This document shows, one piece after another, positions 49,681-59,376 of a stretch of 64,000 nt of DNA. This DNA is from a virus: IMG/VR virus record IMGVR_UViG_3300045999_008055. One strand, 5' to 3'. Within the stretch, counting starts at the first letter, position 1. Every line of letters starts with the position of its first letter. The translations under genes were made by a program, and so were the position numbers. The notes below the pieces were generated by a model, which saw nothing but the letters and a program-made list of their open reading frames with translations, did not search any database and had not been told where the DNA came from.

Positions 49681-52119
49681 ATGGCTCGCGCTAGTAAAAG
49701 ATCGTTTGTTAGTAGAATAGTTTCAAAAGTAACTGAAATTAAAAATATTCTTGCGGAAGTTGCTGCTTTAACAGCAGAAAAAACTAATTTACAATCAGAC
49801 CCAGTAACTAACGCTCAAGTCATAACAGAAAAAACGCAGAGAATAGAATTAAAAACAAAAAAAATAGAAAATAAAGTTAAAAGATCAGAAGAAAAAGTAA
49901 ATGTTATTGTTGTAAAAAAAATTGAAGAAAAAATTACAGCTTCTTTAATTGCGCCTTCAGATGAAGATTATGAACCAGTAAGTTCATTAGACAATAAACA
50001 AATTTCTTTTAATAATTCAATATATTATAATTTTGATGAGAATATAGATAGTATGTCTTACTTTTTTGGTCCTAATGTTGTTAATAGTTATTTTAATAAT
50101 AGATTTATAATTTTCAAAGGACAAAATGCTATAGATTATTTAAGAATCTCAAGTCAATTAGAAAATACCACAGATTCAAGAGGATATTATAAAACCTATA
50201 CTTCTAATGGAATTACAATTGGTGGAGAATATAGAAAAAATTATATTAAATATAAAAGAAATGATATTTGGATTTTATATGATAATCTTAATGATATAGT
50301 CTATTACAATAATTATACTGGTAATAATTTCCCAACAAAAAAATGGTATCGTCCAGATATTTTATATAAGACATCAATAGAATTAAAAGTAAAAACAATT
50401 GAAAACAGTGGCGGTTCTGGCGGTTCTGGCGATAGTGGAGGTTCTGGAAGCGTATCTAATAGCAGTTCTAGAAGTGGTTCTGGAAGTGGTTCTGGTAGCG
50501 GTTCTGGAAGTGGTACTTTAGCAGTAGGAATGGGATCACTAAATAATGCTATTGATGCAACAAGAAGAGTTGCTGTTTCTTATAATAATGATGCTGGCTT
50601 AGGATCATTATTAGAAATGATTTATGGCGATTATACAAGAAACGCAAGTAAACGAGCAATAGATATTGGTCATTTATTTGTTACCAGAAATAATGATGTA
50701 GTAGCAATTAACAGCAAACCAAGATCATTAGGCGGCGGAATCGGTTATGCTGGCGCTATATCTTTTTATAAAAATAACGACGGACTAGTTCCTGCCGCGG
50801 CGATATCTTATTCTCTTGAGCAAGCTTCTCTTTTTGCTAATATATCAGTTGCAAGCATTACAAATAATTATGGTGCAGGAGCAGGTTATGATATTTATCT
50901 TGTTAAAAATTCGCAACAGGTTTTGACTTCTCGTGGGCCTTCAATAGGTAGAAATTCATTAAAAATCTTAAATGATAATACATCTACACAAACTAATGCT
51001 TTTTTTGAAGTATTTAGTAATGGTAAGGTTTTTAGATCAAAGATAACTAATTCAGATGATTATGGATGGCACTATGGAAATTCTGATATTGATATCACAC
51101 ATGAGACAAGAAGGGTTTTGTATGCTGAAAATGTTCATAATGGTTTATTTTTCGCAGAAGGTCCAATAGCTTGTTATGTAGAAAATGTAAACGATTTACC
51201 AGTTATAAATGTTATAGATCCTTCTAGACTATCTTTAAAGAAAATTACAATGCCAGCAGACCTTCTTATATATATAACAATAAATAATATTAAAAAAATT
51301 ATTATTAAAAATTTAGATGGCGGGATATATGATATAGCCGTATCTATTGCACAAGAAGAAGGACAACCAAATCTATTTTATGGAAGGTTAGATTTAAATT
51401 CTAATGGCGAGCAACAAACAATAGCTTTTACTAGTTATAGTGTAACTGCTGCAAATGATATAACATATAATTTTTCTGCAAATAATATTTACGCAGTTAC
51501 AAAAAATTATCAAGTTTTCGCTGTTCGAGTAAATATTGGCCAACAACCAGTTGCATCAAATGTGAAATTGATTGCAAATAGTATAGGTATTAAATACATA
51601 CCAAGCGAAGACAGCTCTGGATCAGGCTCTGGATCAGGCTCTGGATCATATGGAATCTCTATTGGAGAAAGTTTATTAGATGAATTTTTATTAGGACCAT
51701 TATTTGGACCTCTAGATATTACAAATTCAATCAAAAGTGTTCAAACAGTGAATGAAAATATAATACTATACGTTAACCAAGGACATGGAGCACCAATCTT
51801 ACTAATTAATAAAACCTTAGAAAAATATATAATTGATCCACAATTTAATAGCATTCAATCTGCGGGAGAAAATGTTTATACCAAACAAATCGATTATAAT
51901 AGTTATAATTTACCAATAACTGGATGGCTTGATGCTCAAAATAATCCTGTAGAATTTTTACTAACAGCAACTCCAGTAGAAGAATGGATAGTTATGTTTG
52001 GCACAGCTAATGGTTGGTATAATAATGCTTATTGGATAACTAATATTAAAACAACATTAGATCAAAATGGTAATGGAAGTTGGAATGGAAATAATTATAG
52101 TAATGGATTAATTGTATAA
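49681..52119 (+). CDS. large modular protein with Gly-Ser linkers (possible fibre/surface protein)
   Basis: N-terminal coiled coil; GS repeats near 50407-50513 and 51614-51648; beta-rich domains. Confidence 0.55.
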   Translation: MARASKRSFVSRIVSKVTEIKNILAEVAALTAEKTNLQSDPVTNAQVITEKTQRIELKTKKIENKVKRSEEKVNVIVVKKIEEKITASLIAPSDEDYEPVSSLDNKQISFNNSIYYNFDENIDSMSYFFGPNVVNSYFNNRFIIFKGQNAIDYLRISSQLENTTDSRGYYKTYTSNGITIGGEYRKNYIKYKRNDIWILYDNLNDIVYYNNYTGNNFPTKKWYRPDILYKTSIELKVKTIENSGGSGGSGDSGGSGSVSNSSSRSGSGSGSGSGSGSGTLAVGMGSLNNAIDATRRVAVSYNNDAGLGSLLEMIYGDYTRNASKRAIDIGHLFVTRNNDVVAINSKPRSLGGGIGYAGAISFYKNNDGLVPAAAISYSLEQASLFANISVASITNNYGAGAGYDIYLVKNSQQVLTSRGPSIGRNSLKILNDNTSTQTNAFFEVFSNGKVFRSKITNSDDYGWHYGNSDIDITHETRRVLYAENVHNGLFFAEGPIACYVENVNDLPVINVIDPSRLSLKKITMPADLLIYITINNIKKIIIKNLDGGIYDIAVSIAQEEGQPNLFYGRLDLNSNGEQQTIAFTSYSVTAANDITYNFSANNIYAVTKNYQVFAVRVNIGQQPVASNVKLIANSIGIKYIPSEDSSGSGSGSGSGSYGISIGESLLDEFLLGPLFGPLDITNSIKSVQTVNENIILYVNQGHGAPILLINKTLEKYIIDPQFNSIQSAGENVYTKQIDYNSYNLPITGWLDAQNNPVEFLLTATPVEEWIVMFGTANGWYNNAYWITNIKTTLDQNGNGSWNGNNYSNGLIV

Positions 52120-52127
52120 CAATTAAA

Positions 52128-52907
52128 ATGAAACCCTACATGAGTTATTGGTCTGGTGGATATAGAAAAATCCCAGATCAATTTACAATAAATCTTCATA
52201 AACTATCTGCATATTATCTTAAAAAAAATTTTGGTGAAGTACATTTAATAACAGATAAAAATGGCGCAGTTTCATTAAAAGATATTCCATGGGACTCTGT
52301 TTCTTTAGATTTACAAAATTTAGATACAAATTATTCTTCAATTTGGTCTGTTAGTAAATTATTAGCATATAAAGTTATTTCGGAAAAAAAAGATCCATTT
52401 ATACACGTAGATTATGATTGCATTTTATGGGAAGGGATAGAAGAACGATTAAAAAAATCTCCTATATTTGCTCAAAATTCAGAAAAAGATTCTCATATAT
52501 GGTACAGAACAAATGAGATTAAATCTTTTTTAAAAGAAGACGATTTTTTCTCTAAAATCCCAAAAAATTTAGACGCAATTAATGTAGGAGTTTTTGGCGG
52601 AAATAATTTAAAAGCAATTAATGATTATGCAAATGGCGCTTTAGATTTTGTTTTTAATAAAAAATATAGTTTTTTTTGGAATAATTTTATCTTCGAAGAG
52701 TTTAATTCGCATAGAGCTTGCATAGCTGAACAATTGTATCTGTCTGCGTTTGCTTTTAATAATAATTTAAAAATAGAATTTATTTTTGATGGTTTTCCTT
52801 CCGAAGACATAGCCAGAGAAAAAAAATATACTCATTTAATGACTGGTAAAAATAAAGAAGAAAATCGCATACGCGTGGAAAAACTAGTAAAAAAATTAAA
52901 TTTATGA
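52128..52907 (+). CDS. GT-A-like (DUF6734-like) protein
   Basis: LITD, WS..K..AY, PFIHVDYD (DxD). Confidence 0.6.
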   Translation: MKPYMSYWSGGYRKIPDQFTINLHKLSAYYLKKNFGEVHLITDKNGAVSLKDIPWDSVSLDLQNLDTNYSSIWSVSKLLAYKVISEKKDPFIHVDYDCILWEGIEERLKKSPIFAQNSEKDSHIWYRTNEIKSFLKEDDFFSKIPKNLDAINVGVFGGNNLKAINDYANGALDFVFNKKYSFFWNNFIFEEFNSHRACIAEQLYLSAFAFNNNLKIEFIFDGFPSEDIAREKKYTHLMTGKNKEENRIRVEKLVKKLNL

Positions 52908-53464
52908 AAAAAATAAAAATATTTGGCCTTCCAAGATCTGGAACAAGTCTTACTCAAATACTAGTGCCTTTAAATTTTAAAATCTCTACATGCTTAAAGA
53001 AAGATTTCAATGACTACCTTGGATGGAAGCATGGAAAGCCTCATTCAATAGAAAATTATAATAAAATATCTGAAATAACAAAAGAAGAATTTTTATTTTT
53101 ATTTTGCGTAAGAGAAAAAGAAAATTGGAAAAAAGCATATTTAAATAAACATAAAGGATCTTTTGAGATGCCTTGGGAATGGTCAGATCAAAAAGATTGT
53201 TTTATATTTAATACTCCGCATGGGCCAGAAATTTATAAAAATATAGATGAATTTTATAATGATAGAGTAAATTCTTATAAAAGCTTTACAGATATAAATC
53301 CAGAGAAATCTTATATTGTCCGATATGAGGACTTATTCAATGATCAGATTGGCGTTCTAAAAATAATAAAAGATAAATTTAAATTAGAACTAGCGCAAGA
53401 AAATTTTATAAAAATAAATAAAAAAATAAATTGGCATGGAGAAATTGCAGGAGATCTTATATAA
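52904..53464 (+). CDS. sulfotransferase-like P-loop protein
   Basis: GLPRSGTS, GWKHG, VRYEDL. Confidence 0.65.
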   Translation: MKKIKIFGLPRSGTSLTQILVPLNFKISTCLKKDFNDYLGWKHGKPHSIENYNKISEITKEEFLFLFCVREKENWKKAYLNKHKGSFEMPWEWSDQKDCFIFNTPHGPEIYKNIDEFYNDRVNSYKSFTDINPEKSYIVRYEDLFNDQIGVLKIIKDKFKLELAQENFIKINKKINWHGEIAGDLI

Positions 53465-54310
53465 ATGCAAAAATTATCAGTAGGAGCAATTTTTTATAAT
53501 GAAGCGCCATATTTGAAAGAATGGTTAGATCATTATATTAATCGTAATGTAGATCATTTTTATCTTATAAATGATAATAGTAATGATAACTTTGAAGAAA
53601 TAATAGAGCCATATATACAAAAAAAGTATATAACATTATTTAATATTTCTAACGAATTTAAGTATGAATACGGAAGACAAGAAAAAATTTATAATCATTT
53701 CTTTCTTGGCTTAAAAAAAGAAACAGATTGGTTGCTGATCTGTGACATTGACGAATATGTTTGGTCACCAAAAGATATAAATTTTAAAAATTTATTAAAT
53801 CTAATGGAAGAAGAAAATGTATTTTATTATTCAATTCCAATGATCCTTTTTGGTAGCAACGGACACAGAAAACAACCAGAAGGTATAGTAAAATCTTTTA
53901 CTAAAAGACAACTAATAGATGATAAATACATTAAGTTTAAAAATAAATATGCTCAAAATAAAATTCTTTCAAAGATAGAAAAAATTAAAAAATTTTACGT
54001 TCATTCTCATGAATCAGATTATAAACAATTTAATCCCTTTTTTGTAGATCCAAATGAATGCCTGTTTAGACTTAACCATTATCGTCTTCAATCCGAGGAG
54101 AAATGGAAAAAAAATCTGGAAAAAAGAGATGTAAATAATTATAAACCAAAATATCCTATGAATTTTTCTCCAAATCTTAAAATAAAAAAATATCAAAGCA
54201 TTCACGATAGAAATTACCGAAGTATGAATATTTTTTACGATGCAGATAGCGAGCAAAATTTAATAGAAGATTTAGGATTAGTAAATCAAAATATAAAATA
54301 TAATTTATGA
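53465..54310 (+). CDS. glycosyltransferase (family 2/92-like)
   Basis: F.NEAPYL.EW..HY, NDNS.D, CDIDEY, LNHY. Confidence 0.8.
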   Translation: MQKLSVGAIFYNEAPYLKEWLDHYINRNVDHFYLINDNSNDNFEEIIEPYIQKKYITLFNISNEFKYEYGRQEKIYNHFFLGLKKETDWLLICDIDEYVWSPKDINFKNLLNLMEEENVFYYSIPMILFGSNGHRKQPEGIVKSFTKRQLIDDKYIKFKNKYAQNKILSKIEKIKKFYVHSHESDYKQFNPFFVDPNECLFRLNHYRLQSEEKWKKNLEKRDVNNYKPKYPMNFSPNLKIKKYQSIHDRNYRSMNIFYDADSEQNLIEDLGLVNQNIKYNL

Positions 54311-55098
54311 AACCTTATTTATCTTTTTGGAACTATGGCTACTACGAAGATAATGACCCTTTAGTTTTTGATATGTATCATCTTTCAGCGTTTTTACTTA
54401 AGAATATTTATGGCGAAGTACATTTAATAACAGATTTAAAAGGAAAAGAAAAATTAAGCAAGATAAAATCATTTTCATCAATTGATACTTCACTAGAAAT
54501 ATTACCAAAAGATTTAAGAATAGTATGGTCTTTAGGAAAAATTTACTCATATAAATTAATAGCAGAAAAAGACGAGCCTTTTATTCATATAGATAATGAT
54601 GTTTTTTTATTTAAAGAACTACCAGACGATATTATATTAAATGATTTAATCGTTCAGCATTCAGAAGAAGATGCTTATGATTTTTATGAAGTTGAAGATT
54701 TTACAAAAAGAATACCTAATCCATTTTATCTAGAAAAACATAAGATTCATTACGGAGCAAATATGTCTATTTTTGGTGGATATAATATAGAATTTATTAA
54801 ATTTTACGCGGAGGAAGCTTTAAAATTAGCTGTAGATAAAGATAATCAAGAATTTCTTAAGAACTCTTTCTTTAATAAAAATTTCATACCTGCTTGTATA
54901 GTAGAACAATATTACATGAGTTTATTAGCAAATATACATGATGTAGAGGTAAAATATATGTTTAATGGCTGGGAAGATTTTGGAGACAAAGCTGAACGCC
55001 TTGGCTTTTGCCATCTCTGGGGAGCGAAAAACAAACAAAGAGAAGAGATTCACAATAAAATAAAGTATTTGAAATATCAATACAATTTAGGTTTTTAA
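54307..55098 (+). CDS. GT-A-like (DUF6734-like) protein, paralogue of 52128-52907
   Basis: GEVHLITD, WSLGK..Y, PFIHIDND. Confidence 0.6.
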   Translation: MKPYLSFWNYGYYEDNDPLVFDMYHLSAFLLKNIYGEVHLITDLKGKEKLSKIKSFSSIDTSLEILPKDLRIVWSLGKIYSYKLIAEKDEPFIHIDNDVFLFKELPDDIILNDLIVQHSEEDAYDFYEVEDFTKRIPNPFYLEKHKIHYGANMSIFGGYNIEFIKFYAEEALKLAVDKDNQEFLKNSFFNKNFIPACIVEQYYMSLLANIHDVEVKYMFNGWEDFGDKAERLGFCHLWGAKNKQREEIHNKIKYLKYQYNLGF

Positions 55099-55170
55099 TA
55101 TTTAAATTAATTTAAAATATGAATGCATATGAATAACAAAAGTCAAATAATAGATTTTAAGGTGTAATAT

Positions 55171-56550
55171 ATGGCAAATATGGAAATAGACTTTACAGAG
55201 CAATTAAAAGCAGCCAAAAAAGGCAAAGCCCCACTTAACAAACCATTCCGCCTTCCCAAAGGAAGCAAAAAGAAGTTTGGCGTTTATGTAAAAAATGATA
55301 AGGGTAATATAGTAATGGTCAAATTTGGTGATCCAAATATGGAGATTCGACGCGATGATCCTGCAAGACGTAAAGCTTATAGGTCAAGACATGGATGTGA
55401 TACTTCCCGCAAGGGTCCAAAATGGAAAGCAAATTTTTGGTCATGTAAAATGTGGAGTGCAAAACCAGTTAGTAACATTACTGGAAGTGAAGAAGAGATT
55501 ACTTTAGAAGCAGAGATCCAAGCGAAAGGAAAGGGACTTTGGTATAATATTCAACAAAAGAAAAAAAGAATGGGCAAAAACTATCGTCCAGCACCAGAAG
55601 GCTCTAAAGATCGTCCAACTCAAGAAGCTCTTAAAAAAGCTCAAGCTAGTGATTATTTAAACGAAGAATACGAATGGGATGGCGAAACAGAATTTGATCA
55701 AATTATATTTCTAGAAGATAAAACATTGGCCCAAGTCGAGGAAGTAGAAGATGTTGAAGATGAATTCGAAGATTATAAAGAAGATTTTTATGGAATGATA
55801 GTTGGTTCAATTAATTCTATATACCAACATTCAAAAAATGTAATAGAAAAACTAAATGACCCAATGGTTAAAGAGAATCTTACCGAACCATTCTTACAAC
55901 AAATGGCAATTCTCGCAGAAGATTATATGGTTACAATTCATAATTTTGTAATGTTTAATAAAGAGAACGAGATGGAAACAGAGGCTCAAATGCACGGGCC
56001 AATTGGTGATTATGTCTCAAAAGATTCTGGATTCTCTGGACCAATTAATGAATATGAAAATGCGAATACAATTTTTAAAGTAGGTGACAAAGTTAAAAAT
56101 ATTAACGCACAATGCAAGCATTATGGTAGCGAAGGAATCGTAAAAGAAATTCGCGAACTTCCAGAAGATATGGGGTATGCAGTTATTTATGAAGCCACAA
56201 ATGATGGCGCTACTTGGAAAAAAGGCGACATGATAGGTAAAACAGAAATTCAATTAGAGAAGATTGAAGCAAAATGGAGTATGAAGTATAAAAGAAGCAT
56301 AGATTGTAATAATCCAAAAGGTTTCAGTCAAAAACAACATTGTAAAAGTAAAGCATCTGAAGATGAAATGGAAGACGAAGAAGAGGATAAAGAAGAATAT
56401 GACATGGAAGAAGATGAAGAATATAAAAATATGATGGTAACAGAAGGTCAAAAATTTAATGAGTTTCTAAAGCAATGTATTCCAACAAAGCAAGGTGACG
56501 ATAAAAGTAAGTTTAAATCTTGCCTTCAGGATTATAGAAATAAAAAATAA
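55171..56550 (+). CDS. multi-module protein (probable head-internal polyprotein)
   Basis: Concatenated small phage modules (FGDPNM..RH.C..W.C..W; GLW.NI..K; KVGDKV; WS.KYK.SIDC.NPKGFSQ..HC) separated by acidic linkers. Confidence 0.55.
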   Translation: MANMEIDFTEQLKAAKKGKAPLNKPFRLPKGSKKKFGVYVKNDKGNIVMVKFGDPNMEIRRDDPARRKAYRSRHGCDTSRKGPKWKANFWSCKMWSAKPVSNITGSEEEITLEAEIQAKGKGLWYNIQQKKKRMGKNYRPAPEGSKDRPTQEALKKAQASDYLNEEYEWDGETEFDQIIFLEDKTLAQVEEVEDVEDEFEDYKEDFYGMIVGSINSIYQHSKNVIEKLNDPMVKENLTEPFLQQMAILAEDYMVTIHNFVMFNKENEMETEAQMHGPIGDYVSKDSGFSGPINEYENANTIFKVGDKVKNINAQCKHYGSEGIVKEIRELPEDMGYAVIYEATNDGATWKKGDMIGKTEIQLEKIEAKWSMKYKRSIDCNNPKGFSQKQHCKSKASEDEMEDEEEDKEEYDMEEDEEYKNMMVTEGQKFNEFLKQCIPTKQGDDKSKFKSCLQDYRNKK

Positions 56551-56588
56551 ATTGAACAATATCTCCTAGGTGTAATCTATAGGAGAAG

Positions 56589-57119
56589 GTGAATATTAAA
56601 AGATTCTTCGCTTGGTTTGGATGGAAAAGTAAACTAACATTAGTACTTTTAATAAATGGGGCGATAGCTTATTACTCTCTTAATATAGGATTTAACTTAG
56701 CAAAAAATCATAGCATATCAAAATTGCCTAATTCTTGTTTTGTTGATTCTGTGGTCTTTGCTTCTAACGCTAACTATCTATTATCTCAAGAAAATACATG
56801 GGCGCAGATTTTTGCTTTTCAATTTCATTATACAGATGAATTAAATAATGTTTCAGTTATTTTTGATAAGACTTTAATAGAGTATAAAGTATCTATACCT
56901 CAGCATAGAGGACATGCAATTTGCGTTTTTGAACATAAAGGTATGCTTTGGGTTTATGATAGTAATTATGGCACAATGCCAGTTGGTCTTGCTGGTAATA
57001 GAGCAGAGTATCAAATAAGAATCACCAAATGGATAGAAGAAAAATATAAAGCTATAGTTTTCAATAGCATATTAATAGATGATGATGCAGAAAGAACTAA
57101 AGCATGGATAAGAGAGTAA
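56589..57119 (+). CDS. membrane-anchored papain/transglutaminase-like protein
   Basis: N-terminal TM; NSC...GHA..V......VYD as a putative Cys-His-Asp triad. Confidence 0.5.
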   Translation: MNIKRFFAWFGWKSKLTLVLLINGAIAYYSLNIGFNLAKNHSISKLPNSCFVDSVVFASNANYLLSQENTWAQIFAFQFHYTDELNNVSVIFDKTLIEYKVSIPQHRGHAICVFEHKGMLWVYDSNYGTMPVGLAGNRAEYQIRITKWIEEKYKAIVFNSILIDDDAERTKAWIRE

Positions 57120-57264
57120 ATAAATTAATAAGAGATGTCAAATTAATAGCGCCATCTTGTAATAATACTGAACAATTTATAGCTGAATTTTGGAAGTACC
57201 ATAAAAGACAAAATAAGAAAAGAAATATCTTCTGGTTTTCGGTTCTTGCTGTAATCTTCTTTGT

Positions 57265-57540
57265 ATGTTGGATACTATCAAAAAATTAAAGGATTGGTGG
57301 AAAGATCTTGAGCATTACGAGAAGTTCTTTTTTATTGTTTTTATTCCAGCTATTTTGTTTACAATTTACGGACTCAGCGATCTTTACCTTAATCATTTTG
57401 ATCTTCTTACTAAAGAGCACCATTTGGGATTTTTTCTTAGGATCTTTTTTCCGATCTCTTTAGCTCTTTATGTTACCGCTTTAGAGCGCAGAAAAAGAAG
57501 ACAATTAATAAAAGACATTAAAGATTATCTTGATAAATAA
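57265..57540 (+). CDS. two-TM membrane protein
   Basis: Hydrophobic segments. Confidence 0.5.
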   Translation: MLDTIKKLKDWWKDLEHYEKFFFIVFIPAILFTIYGLSDLYLNHFDLLTKEHHLGFFLRIFFPISLALYVTALERRKRRQLIKDIKDYLDK

Positions 57541-57556
57541 GGTGTAAATATTCTAT

Positions 57557-58018
57557 ATGGCAACATGTAATCAAACTACTGTTATAGTAGCTGGAGCAGG
57601 ACTCGCCAGTGCGAATGGTACATATGTGTCTGCTGGTACTGAAACAGTAAATGGCGTGCTATTTACAAGATTTACCAAAGATGGAAATATGAATTCCCAG
57701 CCCTATATAGGCGTGGCAAACAACTATAATCCTCCGGGTATTGCTGCGGCTTGGGTAATAGTAGATAACATACCTTTTTTTGGTATACAACAAATATATC
57801 AAACAGATATTACAGCTACAAGTTCACTACCAGATTGCCCTATTGGATTAATTTTCTCTACGGTAAATGGCCCTTGGGGTGGTTCTACTTATTTACCTGC
57901 GCCAACTGTATCATCTGGAGGATCACCAACTCCTAGTATATCTCCACAGCAACGCAGGATTATTAATCTAAGAAAACAATTAAAACTTGGCGATAGAAAA
58001 AATATTACCTTAAAATAA
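57557..58018 (+). CDS. hypothetical (possible virion) protein
   Basis: V.GAG....NGTY motif; GTGTAA 15 nt upstream. Confidence 0.55.
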   Translation: MATCNQTTVIVAGAGLASANGTYVSAGTETVNGVLFTRFTKDGNMNSQPYIGVANNYNPPGIAAAWVIVDNIPFFGIQQIYQTDITATSSLPDCPIGLIFSTVNGPWGGSTYLPAPTVSSGGSPTPSISPQQRRIINLRKQLKLGDRKNITLK

Positions 58019-58110
58019 TTTCTATTTAATTCTCTCTTTTAAATAAAGAATATAAATTAAAACCGCACCACAGATTAACCAAGAAGCAATACTCATATAA
58101 AAGTATTACA

Positions 58111-58141
58111 CTTAGCGCCAAGGATTGAACTTGACGCTAAG
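58111..58141 (-). terminator. hairpin downstream of hsp20
   Basis: CTTAGCG.CAAG / CTTG.CGCTAAG inverted repeat; weak U tract. Confidence 0.5.
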
Positions 58142-58148
58142 ATTATTA

Positions 58149-58505
58149 TTAGTCTATTTTGATTTTATTTTGTAGTTTTTTATTTTCTTTGCCAAAGGTA
58201 ATTGAGAGCAAACCATCTTCATGTTTTGCCTTTACTTCGGAAAGATCTACTTTTCTTGGCAAGTAAAAAGACTTTTCATATTTTACTTTGCCCTCTTTTC
58301 TTGTAGCCCTAACTGTTAGATATTCTTGATTTGTAGTAACATCAATATTTTCTTTCTTAAATCCTGCAAGAGGAACTTCAAGAGAATACTGATCATTTTC
58401 TAAAGCAAAGTCAGAATATTCTTTATCATAATTAAATATAGAATCATTGAATATATTTTCAAATATATCTAATGGTCTATGTCCATTTCTTAGTGTTAAT
58501 AGCAT
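58149..58505 (-). CDS. small heat shock protein (Hsp20/alpha-crystallin)
   Basis: LAGFKKENI.V....L.V, F.LP..VD...V.A...DGLL.I. Confidence 0.92.
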   Translation of the reverse strand: MLLTLRNGHRPLDIFENIFNDSIFNYDKEYSDFALENDQYSLEVPLAGFKKENIDVTTNQEYLTVRATRKEGKVKYEKSFYLPRKVDLSEVKAKHEDGLLSITFGKENKKLQNKIKID

Positions 58506-58534
58506 AGTTTTATGCCTCCTTTGTACTATTTATA

Positions 58535-58551
58535 TGCAAGATCTATGCCAA
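58535..58551 (-). promoter_or_regulatory. sigma54 (-24/-12) promoter of hsp20
   Basis: TTGGCAT-AGATC-TTGCA with exact consensus spacing; AGGAGG SD at 58515-58520. Confidence 0.7.
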
Positions 58552-58667
58552 CTTTCTACAGAGATAAAAATATTAAATAGAGACAAAATGACATAATATT
58601 ATCATTTATAGCATTGACAAGATGGCTCACTTCTACTTATAAATATTTTATGTGTATATTATTATAT

Positions 58668-59372
58668 ATGCCTATCCCAAACCCTAAGAAGGATGAGAAA
58701 CAAAACGATTACATGGGTCGTTGTATGGAGTTTATGAAAGATGAAAAATACCCACAAAAACAAAAGGTTGCAATTTGTTTAAATACTTATAATGGGCCTC
58801 AAAAAAAAGCTAAAGCAGAAATAGAGATAGATTTTTCACAAGATATTAAAAATATGAATAAAAAAGAAGAAATTAAAACAGAAGAAGCTCCAAAAATTGA
58901 AGCTAAAGTTGAGGAACCAAGAAATACAGCAGTAACCGCCCCAGCAACAGAAGTCAAAGCAGAAGAAATCGTAAAAACAGAAACTAATGCAGAAGTAAAT
59001 GGTAAGGGTGAAATGATTCAAACAACAATGCTTCAAATGCAAAACCAATATAAAATTTTCCATTGGCAAACAATGTCATATTCACAACATAATTCATTTG
59101 GTGGAGTTTATGATTCTTTATCAGATAAAATTGATGAATTTATTGAAACCTATATGGGTAAGTATGGCAGAGTAATTTCCGCAAATACATTTAATCTTTC
59201 ACTTTCAAATTATGCAAGCACAGATTTTGTAAAAGTAACAGATAGTTATATTGAATTTCTTATTGGTTTAAGCAGTCAATTAGACAGTTCCAAGGATTCG
59301 GATCTTTTAAATATTAGAGATGAAATCCTTGGTAGTTTAAATAAATTAAAATATCTTTTAACATTGGTTTAA
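58668..59372 (+). CDS. ferritin/Dps-like (DUF5856-like) domain protein with N-terminal MPIP..C module
   Basis: HWQT.SY..H..F...YD.L....D.F.E.Y.G...L.N..DE......K..YLL.L; start moved to ATG 58668. Confidence 0.75.
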   Translation: MPIPNPKKDEKQNDYMGRCMEFMKDEKYPQKQKVAICLNTYNGPQKKAKAEIEIDFSQDIKNMNKKEEIKTEEAPKIEAKVEEPRNTAVTAPATEVKAEEIVKTETNAEVNGKGEMIQTTMLQMQNQYKIFHWQTMSYSQHNSFGGVYDSLSDKIDEFIETYMGKYGRVISANTFNLSLSNYASTDFVKVTDSYIEFLIGLSSQLDSSKDSDLLNIRDEILGSLNKLKYLLTLV

Positions 59373-59376
59373 AATT

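Noticed and set aside
58638-58645. T4-type late promoter TATAAATA
   Set aside because: Expected by chance in AT-rich DNA and not recurrent before late genes, unlike GTGTAA.
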